NCBI GenBank assembly: GCA_963704725.1
Contig: OY969934.1
Span: forward strand, 1,856,001-1,920,000
Source: an uncultured Actinomycetes bacterium
Lineage (GTDB): Bacteria > Actinomycetota > UBA4738 > HRBIN12
DNA: 64,000 bases
Direction of reading: 5' to 3'
Shown piece after piece: positions 49,187 to 63,833 of the stretch. The translations under genes and the position numbers were made by a program. Numbering within the stretch: the stretch's first letter is position 1; the number at the start of each line of letters is the position of its first letter. The notes under the pieces were generated by a model, which ran no database searches, was not told the origin of the DNA, and was given only the letters and a program-made list of their open reading frames with translations.

Positions 49187-51160
49187 ATGCTCACGAAGCT
49201 GCTGCCGCTCGCCTTCATCGTCGCGCTCGCGGCGGCAGGGTGCGCCAATCCGCCCAATCCGGAGCCCGACTTCGGGTCGGGGCAGCGCTTCGTGACGTTC
49301 GTGGCCGACCCCCTGAACAACGCCGGCGTCGATCCCTCGGTCGTGGTGAACGGGGACGGGCTCCCCATCGCCGCCTACTTCGCGTTCGAGGAGGAGACGG
49401 CGGAGGGCGTCCTGCCGGCGGCTCGACCGGTCCTGGCACCGACGCTGCCGGGGGTCCTGATGGCCGCGCTGAGCTCGGACGGGATCTGGACGCGTGGGGC
49501 GATGGCGCTCCAGGCGAAGATCCCCAACGTCGCCGTCCCGTTCAGCCCCGGGTTCGACGACTCGATCGGGACGCTGAAGGCGGACAACGTCACCGGCCTG
49601 CAGGTCGTGGCCGACGGCGACACGCTGCACGCGGTGTGGGGCTCGGCGCGGGGGACGTACTACGCCACCGGCTCGGCCGATCCCGCCTCCACCACGCAGT
49701 TCTCCGTCGAGCAGGTCTCGGGCACGCCCCCGGTCGGCCCCTCGATCGCGATCGTGAACGGCCAACCCCTGATCGCCTTCTCCACCTCGACCTCCAGCGT
49801 GGCGTCGGTCGACGTCGCGACCCCGAGCGGCTCGGGCTGGCAGGTCGACTCGATCGCCGACGTGGCCGGATGCGCCGCCTGCCGGACCGCGGTCATCGCG
49901 GCGAACGGGGGCCCGGCCGTGGCCTACACCGACGCCTCGGGCGGCGTGTCGGTGGCGACGAACGACGGCGAGAACGGATGGGTGAGCTTCGCGGTCGGAC
50001 AGAGCGGCGGCGAGGGGCTCTCCGGGACGGCGACCGGCGACGGCATCGCGCTGTCCTACTACGACGGCGATCGGGTGATCGTGGCCACGGGGTCGTCGAC
50101 CGGCCCGTTCGATTCGGCCCCGGCCGCCACCGTGACCGCGGACTCGGCGGCCTCGGCCGGAGCCTCGACGTCGATCGCGGCCGACGACCAGGGGACCCTA
50201 TGGGTGGGGTGGGTCGACGGCGGCCGGGGCGTGGGTCTCGCGTCGGGAGACGGGTCGCAGTTCACCGCGGTCGAGACCGGCTCGGACACCGAGAACGGCT
50301 CGATGCCGTCGGTCTCGGTGACGCCGGACGGATCGACCGCCTACGTGGCCTGGTACGACTCGGAGAACCAGGACCTGCTGGTCGGCGCGGAGGGGGACGT
50401 GTCGGGCCTGGCCATCGCCGCCCCCAGCCCCGAGCCGAGCGGACAGCCGAGCGCGGCGCCGTCGGGCACGGAGAACTGCCGGGAGGCGCAGAACGGGGCC
50501 GTCGACATCGTGGCTCAGGGCATCGCGTTCGACACGCCCTGCGTGAACGTCCCGGCGGGCCAGGCCATCACGATCCGCTTCGACAACAAGGACTCGGGGA
50601 CACCGCACAACGTCCAGATCTATCCGAGCGCCGACCAGATCTCTGCGGACGCCGCCCTCACCCAGGACGACATCATCACGGGCCCGGACACCACCGAGTA
50701 CCAGGTCCCCGCCCTCGACGCCGGCACCTACTACTTCCAGTGCGACGTCCACCCCACGATGAACGGGACCTGGAACGTCGGAGGCGGCGGTGCGACCGGG
50801 GCGACCGGCGCGACCGGGGCGAGCGGCGCCGGCGGGGCGACCGGCGCGACCGGAGCGAGCGGCGGTACCGGGGGCGGTGGCGCCATCACGGTCACGGCGA
50901 TGAACCTCGCTTTCGACACCGACACGATCCACCTGCCCGCCAACACGGAAGTCACGATCACGTTCGACAACCAGGACGCCGCGACCCAGCACAACATCGC
51001 CATCTACACCGACAGCTCGGCCACGGAGAACCTGTTCAGGGGCGACCTGCTGACCGGTCCGGGGACGATCGACTACACGATCCCGGCGCTCGACCCCGGC
51101 ACCTACTATTTCCGGTGCGACGTCCATCCCACGATGAACGGGACCGTCGTCGTCGGATGA
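49187..51160 (+). CDS. Lipoprotein with a beta-rich N-terminal region and two C-terminal cupredoxin domains
   Basis: Lipobox AAAGC; two HN...YYFxCDVHPTMNG modules separated by a Gly-Ala-Thr linker. Confidence 0.8.
   Translation: MLTKLLPLAFIVALAAAGCANPPNPEPDFGSGQRFVTFVADPLNNAGVDPSVVVNGDGLPIAAYFAFEEETAEGVLPAARPVLAPTLPGVLMAALSSDGIWTRGAMALQAKIPNVAVPFSPGFDDSIGTLKADNVTGLQVVADGDTLHAVWGSARGTYYATGSADPASTTQFSVEQVSGTPPVGPSIAIVNGQPLIAFSTSTSSVASVDVATPSGSGWQVDSIADVAGCAACRTAVIAANGGPAVAYTDASGGVSVATNDGENGWVSFAVGQSGGEGLSGTATGDGIALSYYDGDRVIVATGSSTGPFDSAPAATVTADSAASAGASTSIAADDQGTLWVGWVDGGRGVGLASGDGSQFTAVETGSDTENGSMPSVSVTPDGSTAYVAWYDSENQDLLVGAEGDVSGLAIAAPSPEPSGQPSAAPSGTENCREAQNGAVDIVAQGIAFDTPCVNVPAGQAITIRFDNKDSGTPHNVQIYPSADQISADAALTQDDIITGPDTTEYQVPALDAGTYYFQCDVHPTMNGTWNVGGGGATGATGATGASGAGGATGATGASGGTGGGGAITVTAMNLAFDTDTIHLPANTEVTITFDNQDAATQHNIAIYTDSSATENLFRGDLLTGPGTIDYTIPALDPGTYYFRCDVHPTMNGTVVVG
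50791..50862 (+). repeat. Degenerate 9-bp tandem repeat (GCGACCGGS) encoding a GAT/GAS linker
   Basis: GCGACCGGG GCGACCGGC GCGACCGGG GCGAGCGGC ... GCGACCGGC GCGACCGGA GCGAGCGGC; coordinates approximate. Confidence 0.6.
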
Positions 51161-51224
51161 CCCCGGTCCGCCTCGGCCCCAAGCGTTCCCGGTAGTCGCA
51201 GACCCCCGCGCTACGATTGAGCGC

Positions 51225-55155
<3,931 letters not shown>

Positions 55156-55171
55156 GGGCGTCGAACCGCCG

Positions 55172-56377
55172 ATGAGGATCCGCACGCTCGACCAGCTCGG
55201 CGACGTCGCCGGCAAGCGCGTCTTCGTTCGGGTGGACCACAACGTCCCCCTGAAGGACGGCGTGGTGACCGACGACGCCAGGATCCGGGCGAGCCTGCCG
55301 ACGATCCGGGAGCTTCTGGAGGGGGGCGCCTCGGTCGTCGCCGCGTCGCATCTCGGCCGGCCGAAGGGCCAGGTGAGAGAGGAGCTCCGGATGGCGCCGG
55401 TGGCGGCCCGCCTCGGCGAGCTGCTCGGTCGCGAGGTCCGGGCCCTGGGCGAGATCGTCGGGGATGCCGCCGAGGCGGCGTGCTCCGCCCTCGCGCCCGG
55501 CGAGGTGCTGATGCTCGAGAACCTCCGGTTCGATCCGCGGGAGGAGACGAACGACCAGGAGCTCGCCGCAGGGCTGGCCGCGCTCGCCGACGTGTACGTC
55601 GACGACGCGTTCGGCGCGGTCCATCGCGCGCATGCATCGGTCGCCGCGATGCCCGAGCGGTTCCTCCAACAGGGCCGGCCGGCGGTGGCCGGCCGGCTGC
55701 TTCAGCGGGAGGTCGAGGCGCTGTCCCGCCTCCTCGCGGATCCGGATCGCCCCTATGTGGCCGTCCTCGGAGGAGCCAAGGTGTCCGACAAGCTCGCCAC
55801 GATCGGCGCGCTCGTGGAGCGGGTCGACGCCGTCCTGATCGGCGGGGCGATGGCGTTCACGTTCCTCGCCGCCGAGGGCGGGGAGATCGGCGACAGCCTC
55901 GTCGAGCCGGACCGCTTCGACGACGTCCGGTCCGCGCGGGCCCGGGCCGCCGAACGCGGCGTCCTGATCCAGCTCCCCGAGGACGTGGTGGCAGCGGCGG
56001 AGGCGACCGTGGAGGCCCGGCGCGAGACCGTGCCTGCGAGCGCGATCCCGAGGGGGTTGAAGGGGCTCGACATCGGCCCCCGGACCGTGGAGGAGTTCGC
56101 GCGCACCATCGCGGACGCCAAGACGATCCTGTGGAACGGGCCGATGGGCGTGTTCGAGCTGGAGCCGTTCGGCGCGGGGACGCGGGGCGTGGCGACGGCG
56201 ATCGCCGGCGCCAGCGGCTTCAGCGTGGCCGGCGGCGGCGACAGCCTGGCCGCCGTCAAGCGATACGGCCTGGGGGACGGGTTCGACCATCTGTCCACGG
56301 GCGGCGGCGCGTCCCTGGAGTTCCTCGAGGGCCGATCGCTCCCCGGCATCGCCGTGCTCGAGGTGGGCGACCGATGA
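55172..56377 (+). CDS. pgk: Phosphoglycerate kinase
   Basis: VRVDHNVP, SHLGRP, GGAKVSDK, WNGPMGVFE and STGGGASLE. Confidence 0.97.
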   Translation: MRIRTLDQLGDVAGKRVFVRVDHNVPLKDGVVTDDARIRASLPTIRELLEGGASVVAASHLGRPKGQVREELRMAPVAARLGELLGREVRALGEIVGDAAEAACSALAPGEVLMLENLRFDPREETNDQELAAGLAALADVYVDDAFGAVHRAHASVAAMPERFLQQGRPAVAGRLLQREVEALSRLLADPDRPYVAVLGGAKVSDKLATIGALVERVDAVLIGGAMAFTFLAAEGGEIGDSLVEPDRFDDVRSARARAAERGVLIQLPEDVVAAAEATVEARRETVPASAIPRGLKGLDIGPRTVEEFARTIADAKTILWNGPMGVFELEPFGAGTRGVATAIAGASGFSVAGGGDSLAAVKRYGLGDGFDHLSTGGGASLEFLEGRSLPGIAVLEVGDR

Positions 56378-57144
56378 CGGATCGTCGCCCGATCGTCGCG
56401 GCCAACTGGAAGATGCACAAGACCCACCTGGAGGCTATCCAGGCGGTCCAGAAGCTCTCCTACCTGCTCGACGAGTCGGACGCCGAACGCGTCGAGGTCG
56501 TGATCTGCCCCGCGTTCACGGCCCTGCGGTCGATCGAGACCCTCCTGCAGAGCGACCGGCTCCCGTACGGGCTGGGGGCCCAGGACGTCCACTGGGAGGA
56601 CAAGGGGGCGTTCACGGGGGAGGTCTCGCCCGGGATGCTCGAGGCCCTGCGCGTGGCGTACGTGATCGTGGGTCACTCCGAGCGGCGCGAGCACTTCGGC
56701 GAGACGGACGAGATCGTCAACCGCAAGGTTCGGGCCGTGTTCGCACACCGGATGACGCCGATCCTGTGCGTGGGGGAGACCGTCCAGGAGCGGGACGTCG
56801 GCGCGACCGAGGACAAGGTGACCCGGCAGGTCCGCGACGGCCTGCAGGGTGTGCCCGCGGAGGACGCGGCCCGGCTGGTGGTGGCCTACGAGCCCATCTG
56901 GGCCATCGGCACCGGCCGCAACGCGGAGGCCGCCGACGCCGGGCAGGTCGTGGAGCTGATCCGGCGCACGCTCGGCACGCTCTACTCGACCGACGTGGCC
57001 GGCGCCGCGCGGATCCAGTACGGCGGGAGTGTGAAGCCCGGCAACATCCGCGAGTTCATGGCGCATCCCGAGATCGACGGGGCCCTGGTCGGCGGGGCCA
57101 GCCTCGATCCGGAGGAGCTCGCGCTGATCGTGAAGTACCGGTGA
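56374..57144 (+). CDS. tpiA: Triosephosphate isomerase
   Basis: NWKMH, GHSERR, AYEPIWAIGTG, YGGSV and LVGGASL. Confidence 0.97.
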   Translation: MTDRRPIVAANWKMHKTHLEAIQAVQKLSYLLDESDAERVEVVICPAFTALRSIETLLQSDRLPYGLGAQDVHWEDKGAFTGEVSPGMLEALRVAYVIVGHSERREHFGETDEIVNRKVRAVFAHRMTPILCVGETVQERDVGATEDKVTRQVRDGLQGVPAEDAARLVVAYEPIWAIGTGRNAEAADAGQVVELIRRTLGTLYSTDVAGAARIQYGGSVKPGNIREFMAHPEIDGALVGGASLDPEELALIVKYR

Positions 57145-57232
57145 CGTTCCGGGGGGTGGGGCCCTGCCGGGACGTCAATCCACCCCGGCCGGGGGGGTCG
57201 TATACAGGGGCGATGCCGGCGGCGGGTCTGGC

Positions 57233-57261
57233 TTGTGGTCTGGAGTCTCCTGACCTAGAGT
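57233..57261 (+). promoter_or_regulatory. Putative promoter TTGTGG-N17-TAGAGT of the peptide ABC operon
   Basis: 17-nt spacer; ends 37 nt upstream of ATG 57299. Confidence 0.4.
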
Positions 57262-57298
57262 TCGCCCAGCCGAGGCGTCGGGGGGCATCGGGGAAGCG

Positions 57299-58282
57299 AT
57301 GAGCCAGGTCACCGAGGAGCAGGTCGAGGCAGCCGAAGAGCTCGGCATCGAGCCGAGCAGCCAGATCATCGGCCGCTCCCCCTGGCAGATCTTCTGGACG
57401 CGTTTCCGTCGGGACAAGGTGGCCGTCGTCGGCGCGATCTTCATCGTCGTCCTGGCGATCATCGCCATCCTCGCCCCCCTCATCTCCAAGTGGGTGGGTC
57501 ACGGACCCAATCAGCTGTTCAGCGAGACCCTGAGCGAGATCGGGCTCCCGAACGAGGGCCCGGGGAAGGCCTTCTTCTTCGGGGTCGACACCTCGGGCCG
57601 CGACGTGTTCGTCCGCACCGTCTACGGCGCTCGCACATCGCTGACCGTCGCCCTGCTCGCTACGGGCTTCGCCATCTCGATCGGGATCATCATGGGGTCG
57701 CTCGCCGGCTTCTACGGCAAGTGGGTCGACACGCTGATCTCGCGCGTGATCGACCTCGTGCTCTCGCTCCCGGTCCTGCTTCTTTCGATCGGCATCGCGG
57801 CCACGTGCTCGGTCACCGCGGAGGGATGCCTGAACGGGCTGATCCAGCCGGGCATCACGCTGGTGACCTTCATCATCGCCCTGTTCACGTGGCCCTACAT
57901 CGCCAGGATCGTTCGAGGGCAGGTGCTCTCCCTGCGCGAGAAGGAGTTCATCGAGTCGGCCCGATCGCTGGGATCCGGCGGCGTGCGCATCATGTTCCGC
58001 GAGATCCTGCCCAACCTCGCCGCGCCGCTGATCGTGTACGGCACCCTGATCATCCCGGCGAACATCCTGTTCGAGGCGTCGCTCTCGTTCCTCGGCGTGG
58101 GCATCCCGCCCGAGACGCCCTCGTGGGGCCGGATGATCGCCGACGGCGCAGGCAACCAGCTCTACACGGTCGCCTGGTGGATGCTCGTGTTCCCCGGGAT
58201 GGCGCTCGTGCTGACGACGCTCACGTTCAACCTCGTGGGGGACGGGCTCCGGGACGCGCTCGATCCTCGGACCCAGGGTTGA
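57299..58282 (+). CDS. Di/oligopeptide ABC permease (OppC/DppC-like)
   Basis: GVDTSGRDV, RIVRGQVLSLREKEFIESARSLG, EASLSFLG and GDGLRDALDPR. Confidence 0.92.
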   Translation: MSQVTEEQVEAAEELGIEPSSQIIGRSPWQIFWTRFRRDKVAVVGAIFIVVLAIIAILAPLISKWVGHGPNQLFSETLSEIGLPNEGPGKAFFFGVDTSGRDVFVRTVYGARTSLTVALLATGFAISIGIIMGSLAGFYGKWVDTLISRVIDLVLSLPVLLLSIGIAATCSVTAEGCLNGLIQPGITLVTFIIALFTWPYIARIVRGQVLSLREKEFIESARSLGSGGVRIMFREILPNLAAPLIVYGTLIIPANILFEASLSFLGVGIPPETPSWGRMIADGAGNQLYTVAWWMLVFPGMALVLTTLTFNLVGDGLRDALDPRTQG

Positions 58283-58410
58283 CCGTACGTACCGTTAGGC
58301 GAAGACCGGAAAGGAGGCCAGAGGGGGGGCGGTGCCGGCAACGCGCGATGGCGCGTGCCTGCGTCCTGCGGTTTCTGAACGCGTGCTCGACACAAATCAG
58401 GAGGTGAAGG

Positions 58411-60354
58411 GTGAGAAGAAGCCTATCTATTGTGGCCCTCGCGGCCGTCTTGTCGCTGGTAGCCGCCTCGTGCGGCGGCAACGACAACGAGGGCTCGACG
58501 ACGGGGGCGACGACCGGCGGCACCACGACGACCGGAGCCACGGGTGGCACCACCGGTGGCAACGTGCCCGAGGGTGGCGTCCTGCGAGAGGAGTGGGTCA
58601 GCAGCTTCGGGTTCACGAACGCTTTCGACCCGACGGGCGAGTATCTGGGCTCGGCGTGGGCCCTCTACGGCAACTTCCTGCTCCGCGGGCTGGTGAGCTA
58701 CCCCTGGCTGCCCGGCGACCAGAACGGCAACGTGCCGGTGGCGGACCTCGCGACCGATACCGGACAGGTCTCGGCCGACGGCCTGACCATCACGTTCACG
58801 CTGAAGGACGGCGTGATGTGGCAGCCGCCGCTCAGCCGCCCGGTGACCTCCGCCGACGCGGCCTTCGCGTTCCAGCGGATCAACACCAAGTCGCTGATCG
58901 CCCAGTACGGGAGCTACTACTGCGGCACGATCGTCGGGATGGACTGCAACGGCAAGTCGCAGGACGACCCGATCGAGGGCATCGAGACGCCGGACGACAA
59001 GACGATCGTCCTGCACCTCGAGCGCCCGACCGGTGACCTGCTGTACCGGCTGGCCCAGCCCGCCGCGGCCCCGATGCCACCGGAGGTGGCCGGCTGCTTC
59101 AGCGACGCCGGTGAGTACGGGCGCTACGTGATGTCCGACGGCCCGTACATGATCGAGGGCTCGGACCAGATGGACGTCTCGTCGTGCGACGCGCTGAAGC
59201 CGGTCTCGGGCTACGAGCCGGAGAAGTTCCTGCGCATGATCAAGAACCCGAGCTACGACCAGTCGACCGACGACAACCGCGAGAACCACATCGAGGGTTA
59301 CGTGGGTGTCGTCAACACCAACGCCGACGACGCATACAACCGGGTGCTGAACGGCGACAGCGACCTCGCGCACGGTGCGCCGCCGACGGCGATCCTGCAG
59401 CAATACCTGACGAACCCGGACCTGCAGGACAACTTCAAGACGGACCCGGGTGACCGGACCTGGTACGTCACGATGAACCTGATCGTGCCGCCATTCGACG
59501 ACATCCACGTGCGAAAGGCCGTGAACCTCGTCATCGACAAGGCCGCGCTGCTCCAGGCGACCGGCGGGCCCACGACCGGTGACGTCGCGACGACGATCGA
59601 ACCGCCGACGGTGTTGCCGGACACCGGCGACTACGACCCATACCCGAGCCCGGACTTCGCGGGCGACGTCGATGCCGCCAAGGCGGAGATGGCGCAGTCG
59701 AAGTACGACTCCAACGGGGACGGCGTGTGCGATGCGGATGTCTGCAACAACGTCCTCATGATCAACCGCAACTACGAGCCGTGGACGAAGTACTCGCCGA
59801 TCATGCAGCAGAGCCTCGAGCAGATCGGGATCAACCTCAAGGTCCGCGAGCTCGATGTCTCGACGGCCTACACGACGATCCAGACGATCAACAACCTCGT
59901 CCCGATCGCCATCAACGCCGGATGGGGGAAGGACTACGCGAGCCCGTACGGGTTCGACTTCTACCTCTTCAACACGGCGGGCCTGGCGTGCTCGGGCAAC
60001 GTGAACTACTCGCTCATCGGGATGACGGAGGATCTCGCGACGGAGTGTGGCGACAACGTGGTCGCGGCCCTGAACGCGGTGACGAACAACGGGGCCAACC
60101 CGCTCCCGAGCGTCGACGCGGACATGGAAGCGTGCGTCGCGACTCCCGCGGGGGATGCCTACAACGCCTGCTGGGCGGCCCTCGATCAGAAGCTGATGGA
60201 GGACATCGTGCCCTGGGTCCCCTACCGCTGGGGCGCCCAGAACACGGAGCTCGGAGACGCCGTGGCCAAGTGGAACTACGACCAGTCGGCCGGCTGGAGC
60301 GCGTACTCGCGCATGGCGGTCGACAACGGCCTCACGATGGATCAGGTCAGCTAG
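58411..60354 (+). CDS. Di/oligopeptide ABC substrate-binding lipoprotein (family 5)
   Basis: Lipobox VAASC, DLA, SADGLTITFTLKDGV, GPY and PFDDIHVRKAV; Cys-rich; AGGAGG SD. Confidence 0.88.
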   Translation: MRRSLSIVALAAVLSLVAASCGGNDNEGSTTGATTGGTTTTGATGGTTGGNVPEGGVLREEWVSSFGFTNAFDPTGEYLGSAWALYGNFLLRGLVSYPWLPGDQNGNVPVADLATDTGQVSADGLTITFTLKDGVMWQPPLSRPVTSADAAFAFQRINTKSLIAQYGSYYCGTIVGMDCNGKSQDDPIEGIETPDDKTIVLHLERPTGDLLYRLAQPAAAPMPPEVAGCFSDAGEYGRYVMSDGPYMIEGSDQMDVSSCDALKPVSGYEPEKFLRMIKNPSYDQSTDDNRENHIEGYVGVVNTNADDAYNRVLNGDSDLAHGAPPTAILQQYLTNPDLQDNFKTDPGDRTWYVTMNLIVPPFDDIHVRKAVNLVIDKAALLQATGGPTTGDVATTIEPPTVLPDTGDYDPYPSPDFAGDVDAAKAEMAQSKYDSNGDGVCDADVCNNVLMINRNYEPWTKYSPIMQQSLEQIGINLKVRELDVSTAYTTIQTINNLVPIAINAGWGKDYASPYGFDFYLFNTAGLACSGNVNYSLIGMTEDLATECGDNVVAALNAVTNNGANPLPSVDADMEACVATPAGDAYNACWAALDQKLMEDIVPWVPYRWGAQNTELGDAVAKWNYDQSAGWSAYSRMAVDNGLTMDQVS

Positions 60355-60378
60355 GGCCGAAGCACGGAAACAGGTGGA

Positions 60379-60408
60379 GGCGGAGGGGCCCGGACGGGCC
60401 CCTCCGCC
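60379..60408 (+). terminator. Strong stem-loop after the binding-protein gene
   Basis: GGCGGAGGGGCCCG-GA-CGGGCCCCTCCGCC perfect inverted repeat. Confidence 0.6.
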
Positions 60409-60437
60409 ACGATTCGGTGGCATAGACTGAGGGCTCG

Positions 60438-61406
60438 ATGATCCGATACATCATCCGGCGGCTCATGTGGGTCCTCGTGACCCTCCTGCTGGTCGCCTTC
60501 ATCACGTACGTCATCTTCTTCGTCATGCCCTCCACGGACCCCGCCGTGAACTTCGCCGGCAAGCAGCCGACCCCCGAGCTCGTGGCCCAGGTCCGCCACC
60601 AGTTCGGGTTGGACAAGCCCTTCGTCGCGCAGTACGGGCTGTTCATCGGCCGGCTGTTCTTCGGAGACGACTACGGCTGGCCGGGACTCGGCTTCTCGTT
60701 CGTGACGCGGTCGGAGCTCAAGCCCGAGGTTCTGAGCCGGCTGTTGGTGACTGGCCAGCTCGCCCTGGGCGCCGCGGTGACGTGGCTCCTGATCGGGATC
60801 CCCATCGGCATCCTGTCGGCGCTCCGCCCCCGGTCGATCTTCGACCGGCTGGCGATGGGATTCGCCCTGTTCGGGGTCTCTGCGCCCGTGTTCTTCGTCG
60901 GTCCCGTGTCCCTCTACCTCTTCTGGTTCAAGCTGCACTGGCTGCCCGGGACCGGTTTCTCGCCGATCACCGAGGACGGCATCGGTCAGTGGTTCGTGCA
61001 CATGATCATGCCCTGGGCGGTGCTGGCGCTCGCCTTCGCCGCGTTCTACGCCCGCATGTCGAGGGCGAACCTCATCGAGAAGATGAGCGAGGACTACATC
61101 CGCACCGCGAGAGCGAAGGGGCTCTCGGAGCGGCGGGTCGTCATGAAGCACGGGCTGCGCGCGAGCCTGACCCCGATCGTCACGATCCTCGGTCTGGACC
61201 TGGGCGCGCTGATGGGTGGGGCGATCATCACCGAATCCGTGTTCAACATCCCGGGCATCGGTCAGTACGCGGTGAAGTCGGTGTTCGCGGGCGACTTCTA
61301 TGCGATCCTCGACGTCACGATCATCGCCGCCTTCTTCATCACGTTCGCGAACCTCGTGGTGGACATCGTGTACGCCTTCCTCGATCCGAGGGTCAGGTAC
61401 ACGTGA
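60438..61406 (+). CDS. Di/oligopeptide ABC permease (OppB/DppB-like)
   Basis: MIRYIIRRL, GLDKP, DYIRTARAKGL, TESVFNIPGIG and LDPRVRY. Confidence 0.92.
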   Translation: MIRYIIRRLMWVLVTLLLVAFITYVIFFVMPSTDPAVNFAGKQPTPELVAQVRHQFGLDKPFVAQYGLFIGRLFFGDDYGWPGLGFSFVTRSELKPEVLSRLLVTGQLALGAAVTWLLIGIPIGILSALRPRSIFDRLAMGFALFGVSAPVFFVGPVSLYLFWFKLHWLPGTGFSPITEDGIGQWFVHMIMPWAVLALAFAAFYARMSRANLIEKMSEDYIRTARAKGLSERRVVMKHGLRASLTPIVTILGLDLGALMGGAIITESVFNIPGIGQYAVKSVFAGDFYAILDVTIIAAFFITFANLVVDIVYAFLDPRVRYT

Positions 61407-61433
61407 TCCGATCGTCCCGGCTCGACCTCGGAG

Positions 61434-62459
61434 GTGGCGCACGTGCCTGAGCCGCTGCTCGAGGTGAAGGACCTCAGCGTGCACTTCCGCACGGAGGACG
61501 GCCTGGTGAAGGCCGTTGACGGCGTGAGCTTCTCCATCATGCCCGGCGAGACGCTCGGCGTGGTGGGGGAGTCGGGGTCGGGCAAGAGCGTCACGTTCCT
61601 CACGGTGATGGGCCTCACCCGGTCGAAGAACGCGATCATCGAGGGCGAGATCCTGTTCCAGGGTGAGGACCTGGTGAAGGTGCCGAGGGAGGAGCTGCGG
61701 CAGTTCCGGGGGCGCCGGATCAGCATGATCTTTCAGGACCCGATGACCTCGCTCCATCCCTTCTACAAGGTCGGATACCAGATCGGCGAGGCGATCCGCG
61801 CGCACAACCGGGTGTCCAAGCGCGAGGCTTTGGAGCAGTCGATCGAGATGCTGCGCCGCGTCGGCATCCCCAAGCCGGACGAGCGGGCCAAGCAGTACCC
61901 GCACGAGTTCTCGGGCGGCATGCGCCAGCGGGCGATGATCGCGATGGCCCTCACGCTCAACCCGGACCTCCTCATCGCGGACGAGCCCACGACGGCTCTC
62001 GACGTGACCGTGCAGGCGCAGATCCTGGACCTGGTCGACCGGCTGAAGAGCGAGTTCAACGCGGCCATCGTCATCGTGACCCACGACCTCGGCGTCGTGG
62101 CGGAGCACGCGGACAACATCCAGGTGATGTACGCCGGCAAGATCGTCGAGACCGGCGGGCGCGACGACATCTACTACCGCGCCCAGCACCCCTACACCTG
62201 GGGATTGCTGGAGTCGATCCCCCGCCTGACGGAGACGGAGACGCGGGAGCGCCTGCACCCGATCAAGGGTCTGCCCCCGTCGTTGATCTTCGTGCCCCCG
62301 GGGTGTTCGTTCCATCCCCGATGCCCCCACGCGTTCGCGCCCTGCAGCGTCGAGGTCCCGGCCCTGCTTCCGTCCGACGGCAACCACGCCGCGGCGTGCC
62401 ACCTCCCCCTCGCGGACAAGGAGCGCATCTTCCAGGAGCAGGTGATGGCCCGGTCATGA
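61434..62459 (+). CDS. Di/oligopeptide ABC ATPase (OppD-like)
   Basis: [29 protein letters not shown] and GCSFHPRC. Confidence 0.93.
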   Translation: MAHVPEPLLEVKDLSVHFRTEDGLVKAVDGVSFSIMPGETLGVVGESGSGKSVTFLTVMGLTRSKNAIIEGEILFQGEDLVKVPREELRQFRGRRISMIFQDPMTSLHPFYKVGYQIGEAIRAHNRVSKREALEQSIEMLRRVGIPKPDERAKQYPHEFSGGMRQRAMIAMALTLNPDLLIADEPTTALDVTVQAQILDLVDRLKSEFNAAIVIVTHDLGVVAEHADNIQVMYAGKIVETGGRDDIYYRAQHPYTWGLLESIPRLTETETRERLHPIKGLPPSLIFVPPGCSFHPRCPHAFAPCSVEVPALLPSDGNHAAACHLPLADKERIFQEQVMARS

Positions 62460-63517
62460 GCGTCGAGGTCACGGAACGAACGGAGCCGCAGCCCACGGGG
62501 GGTGCCGCCCCTCTGGTTCGGGTCCGGGGTCTGAAGAAGTACTTCCCCATCAGCCGGGGCATCATCTTCCAGAAGCACATCGGCGACGTCCGCGCCGTGG
62601 ACGGCGTGGACCTCGACATCCACCGAGGCGAGACGCTCGGCCTGGTGGGAGAGACGGGGTGCGGCAAGTCGACGCTCGCGCGTGTGATCATGCGCCTGTA
62701 CGACGCCACCGCGGGGACCGTCGAGTTCGAGGGTGAGGACATCACGCACGCCAAGGGTCGGGAGCTGCGGATCCGCCGGCGGAACATGCAGATGATCTTC
62801 CAGGACCCGTTCGCGTCGCTGAACCCACGCAAGACGGTGGGCAGCATCATCGGGGACCCCTACCGGCTCCACAAGACCGTGCCCAAGGCGAAGATCAAGG
62901 GCGAGGTCCAGCAGCTCATGGAGCTCGTCGGCCTCAACCCCGAGCATTACAACCGCTACCCGCACGAGTTCTCCGGCGGCCAGCGCCAGAGGATCGGGGT
63001 CGCCCGCTCGCTTGCCTTGCGCCCCAAGCTGATCGTGTGCGACGAGCCGGTGTCGGCCCTGGACGTTTCGATCCAGGCCCAGATCCTCAACCTGCTCGAG
63101 GATCTCCAGGAGGAGTTCAACCTCACGTATCTGTTCATCGCGCACGACCTCTCGGTCGTGAAGCACGTGTCCGACCGCGTGGCCGTCATGTACCTCGGCA
63201 AGATCGTCGAGATGGCTTCGGGCGACACGCTGTACCACAACCCCAAGCACCCGTACACCGGCGCGCTGCTCTCGGCGGTCCCGGTGCCGGACCCCAGGAT
63301 CGCTTCCCAGAAGCGACGGATCATCCTCGAGGGCGACGTGCCGAGCCCGATCGACCCTCCCTCCGGCTGCCGGTTCCATCCGCGTTGCCCGAACGCTCAG
63401 TTCCCCACGTGCAAGGAGGAGGAGCCGCAGCTCGAGCCGCATCACGAGGGTCAGGTCGCGGCGTGCCACTTCCCGCTCGAGGACCGAGCCGTGATGGCCA
63501 CCCCGCCGACCGGATAG
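62456..63517 (+). CDS. Di/oligopeptide ABC ATPase (OppF-like)
   Basis: [37 protein letters not shown] and GCRFHPRC. Confidence 0.93.
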   Translation: MSVEVTERTEPQPTGGAAPLVRVRGLKKYFPISRGIIFQKHIGDVRAVDGVDLDIHRGETLGLVGETGCGKSTLARVIMRLYDATAGTVEFEGEDITHAKGRELRIRRRNMQMIFQDPFASLNPRKTVGSIIGDPYRLHKTVPKAKIKGEVQQLMELVGLNPEHYNRYPHEFSGGQRQRIGVARSLALRPKLIVCDEPVSALDVSIQAQILNLLEDLQEEFNLTYLFIAHDLSVVKHVSDRVAVMYLGKIVEMASGDTLYHNPKHPYTGALLSAVPVPDPRIASQKRRIILEGDVPSPIDPPSGCRFHPRCPNAQFPTCKEEEPQLEPHHEGQVAACHFPLEDRAVMATPPTG

Positions 63518-63564
63518 GTCGACTCGCGGGTCAGGTACGTCTGAGGCCGGTAGAATCGTGAGCC

Positions 63565-63789
63565 GTGCTGAACCTCATCGCGCTCATCCTGAACATCATC
63601 TCCAGCCTCTTCCTGATCGTGTTCATCCTGCTCCACTCGGGGAAGGGGAGCGGGCTGTCGGACATGTTCGGCGGCACGAGCACCCTGTCCGGCGGCACCG
63701 CGCTCGAGCGGCGGCTCGACCGGATCACGGTGGCGACCGGCGTGATCTTCGGCCTGTCCACGTTCTGGCTGTCCTGGAAGTGGAAGTAG
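63565..63789 (+). CDS. secG: Preprotein translocase subunit SecG
   Basis: ILLHSGKGSGLSDMFGG and ERRLDRIT; two TM helices; followed by tRNA-Leu. Confidence 0.93.
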   Translation: MLNLIALILNIISSLFLIVFILLHSGKGSGLSDMFGGTSTLSGGTALERRLDRITVATGVIFGLSTFWLSWKWK

Positions 63790-63833
63790 CGGTCCGGCCC
63801 TCCCGGCTCGGTTGGTAGAATCGCCGGGCTCGA

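Noticed and set aside
51196-51217. PafBC box before uvrC (TCGCAG-N10-TACGAT)
   Set aside because: Only 4 of 6 positions match the upstream element; the -10 alone is credible.
58283-58410. Riboswitch upstream of the peptide-binding protein gene
   Set aside because: No recognisable aptamer consensus; an Rfam scan would be needed.
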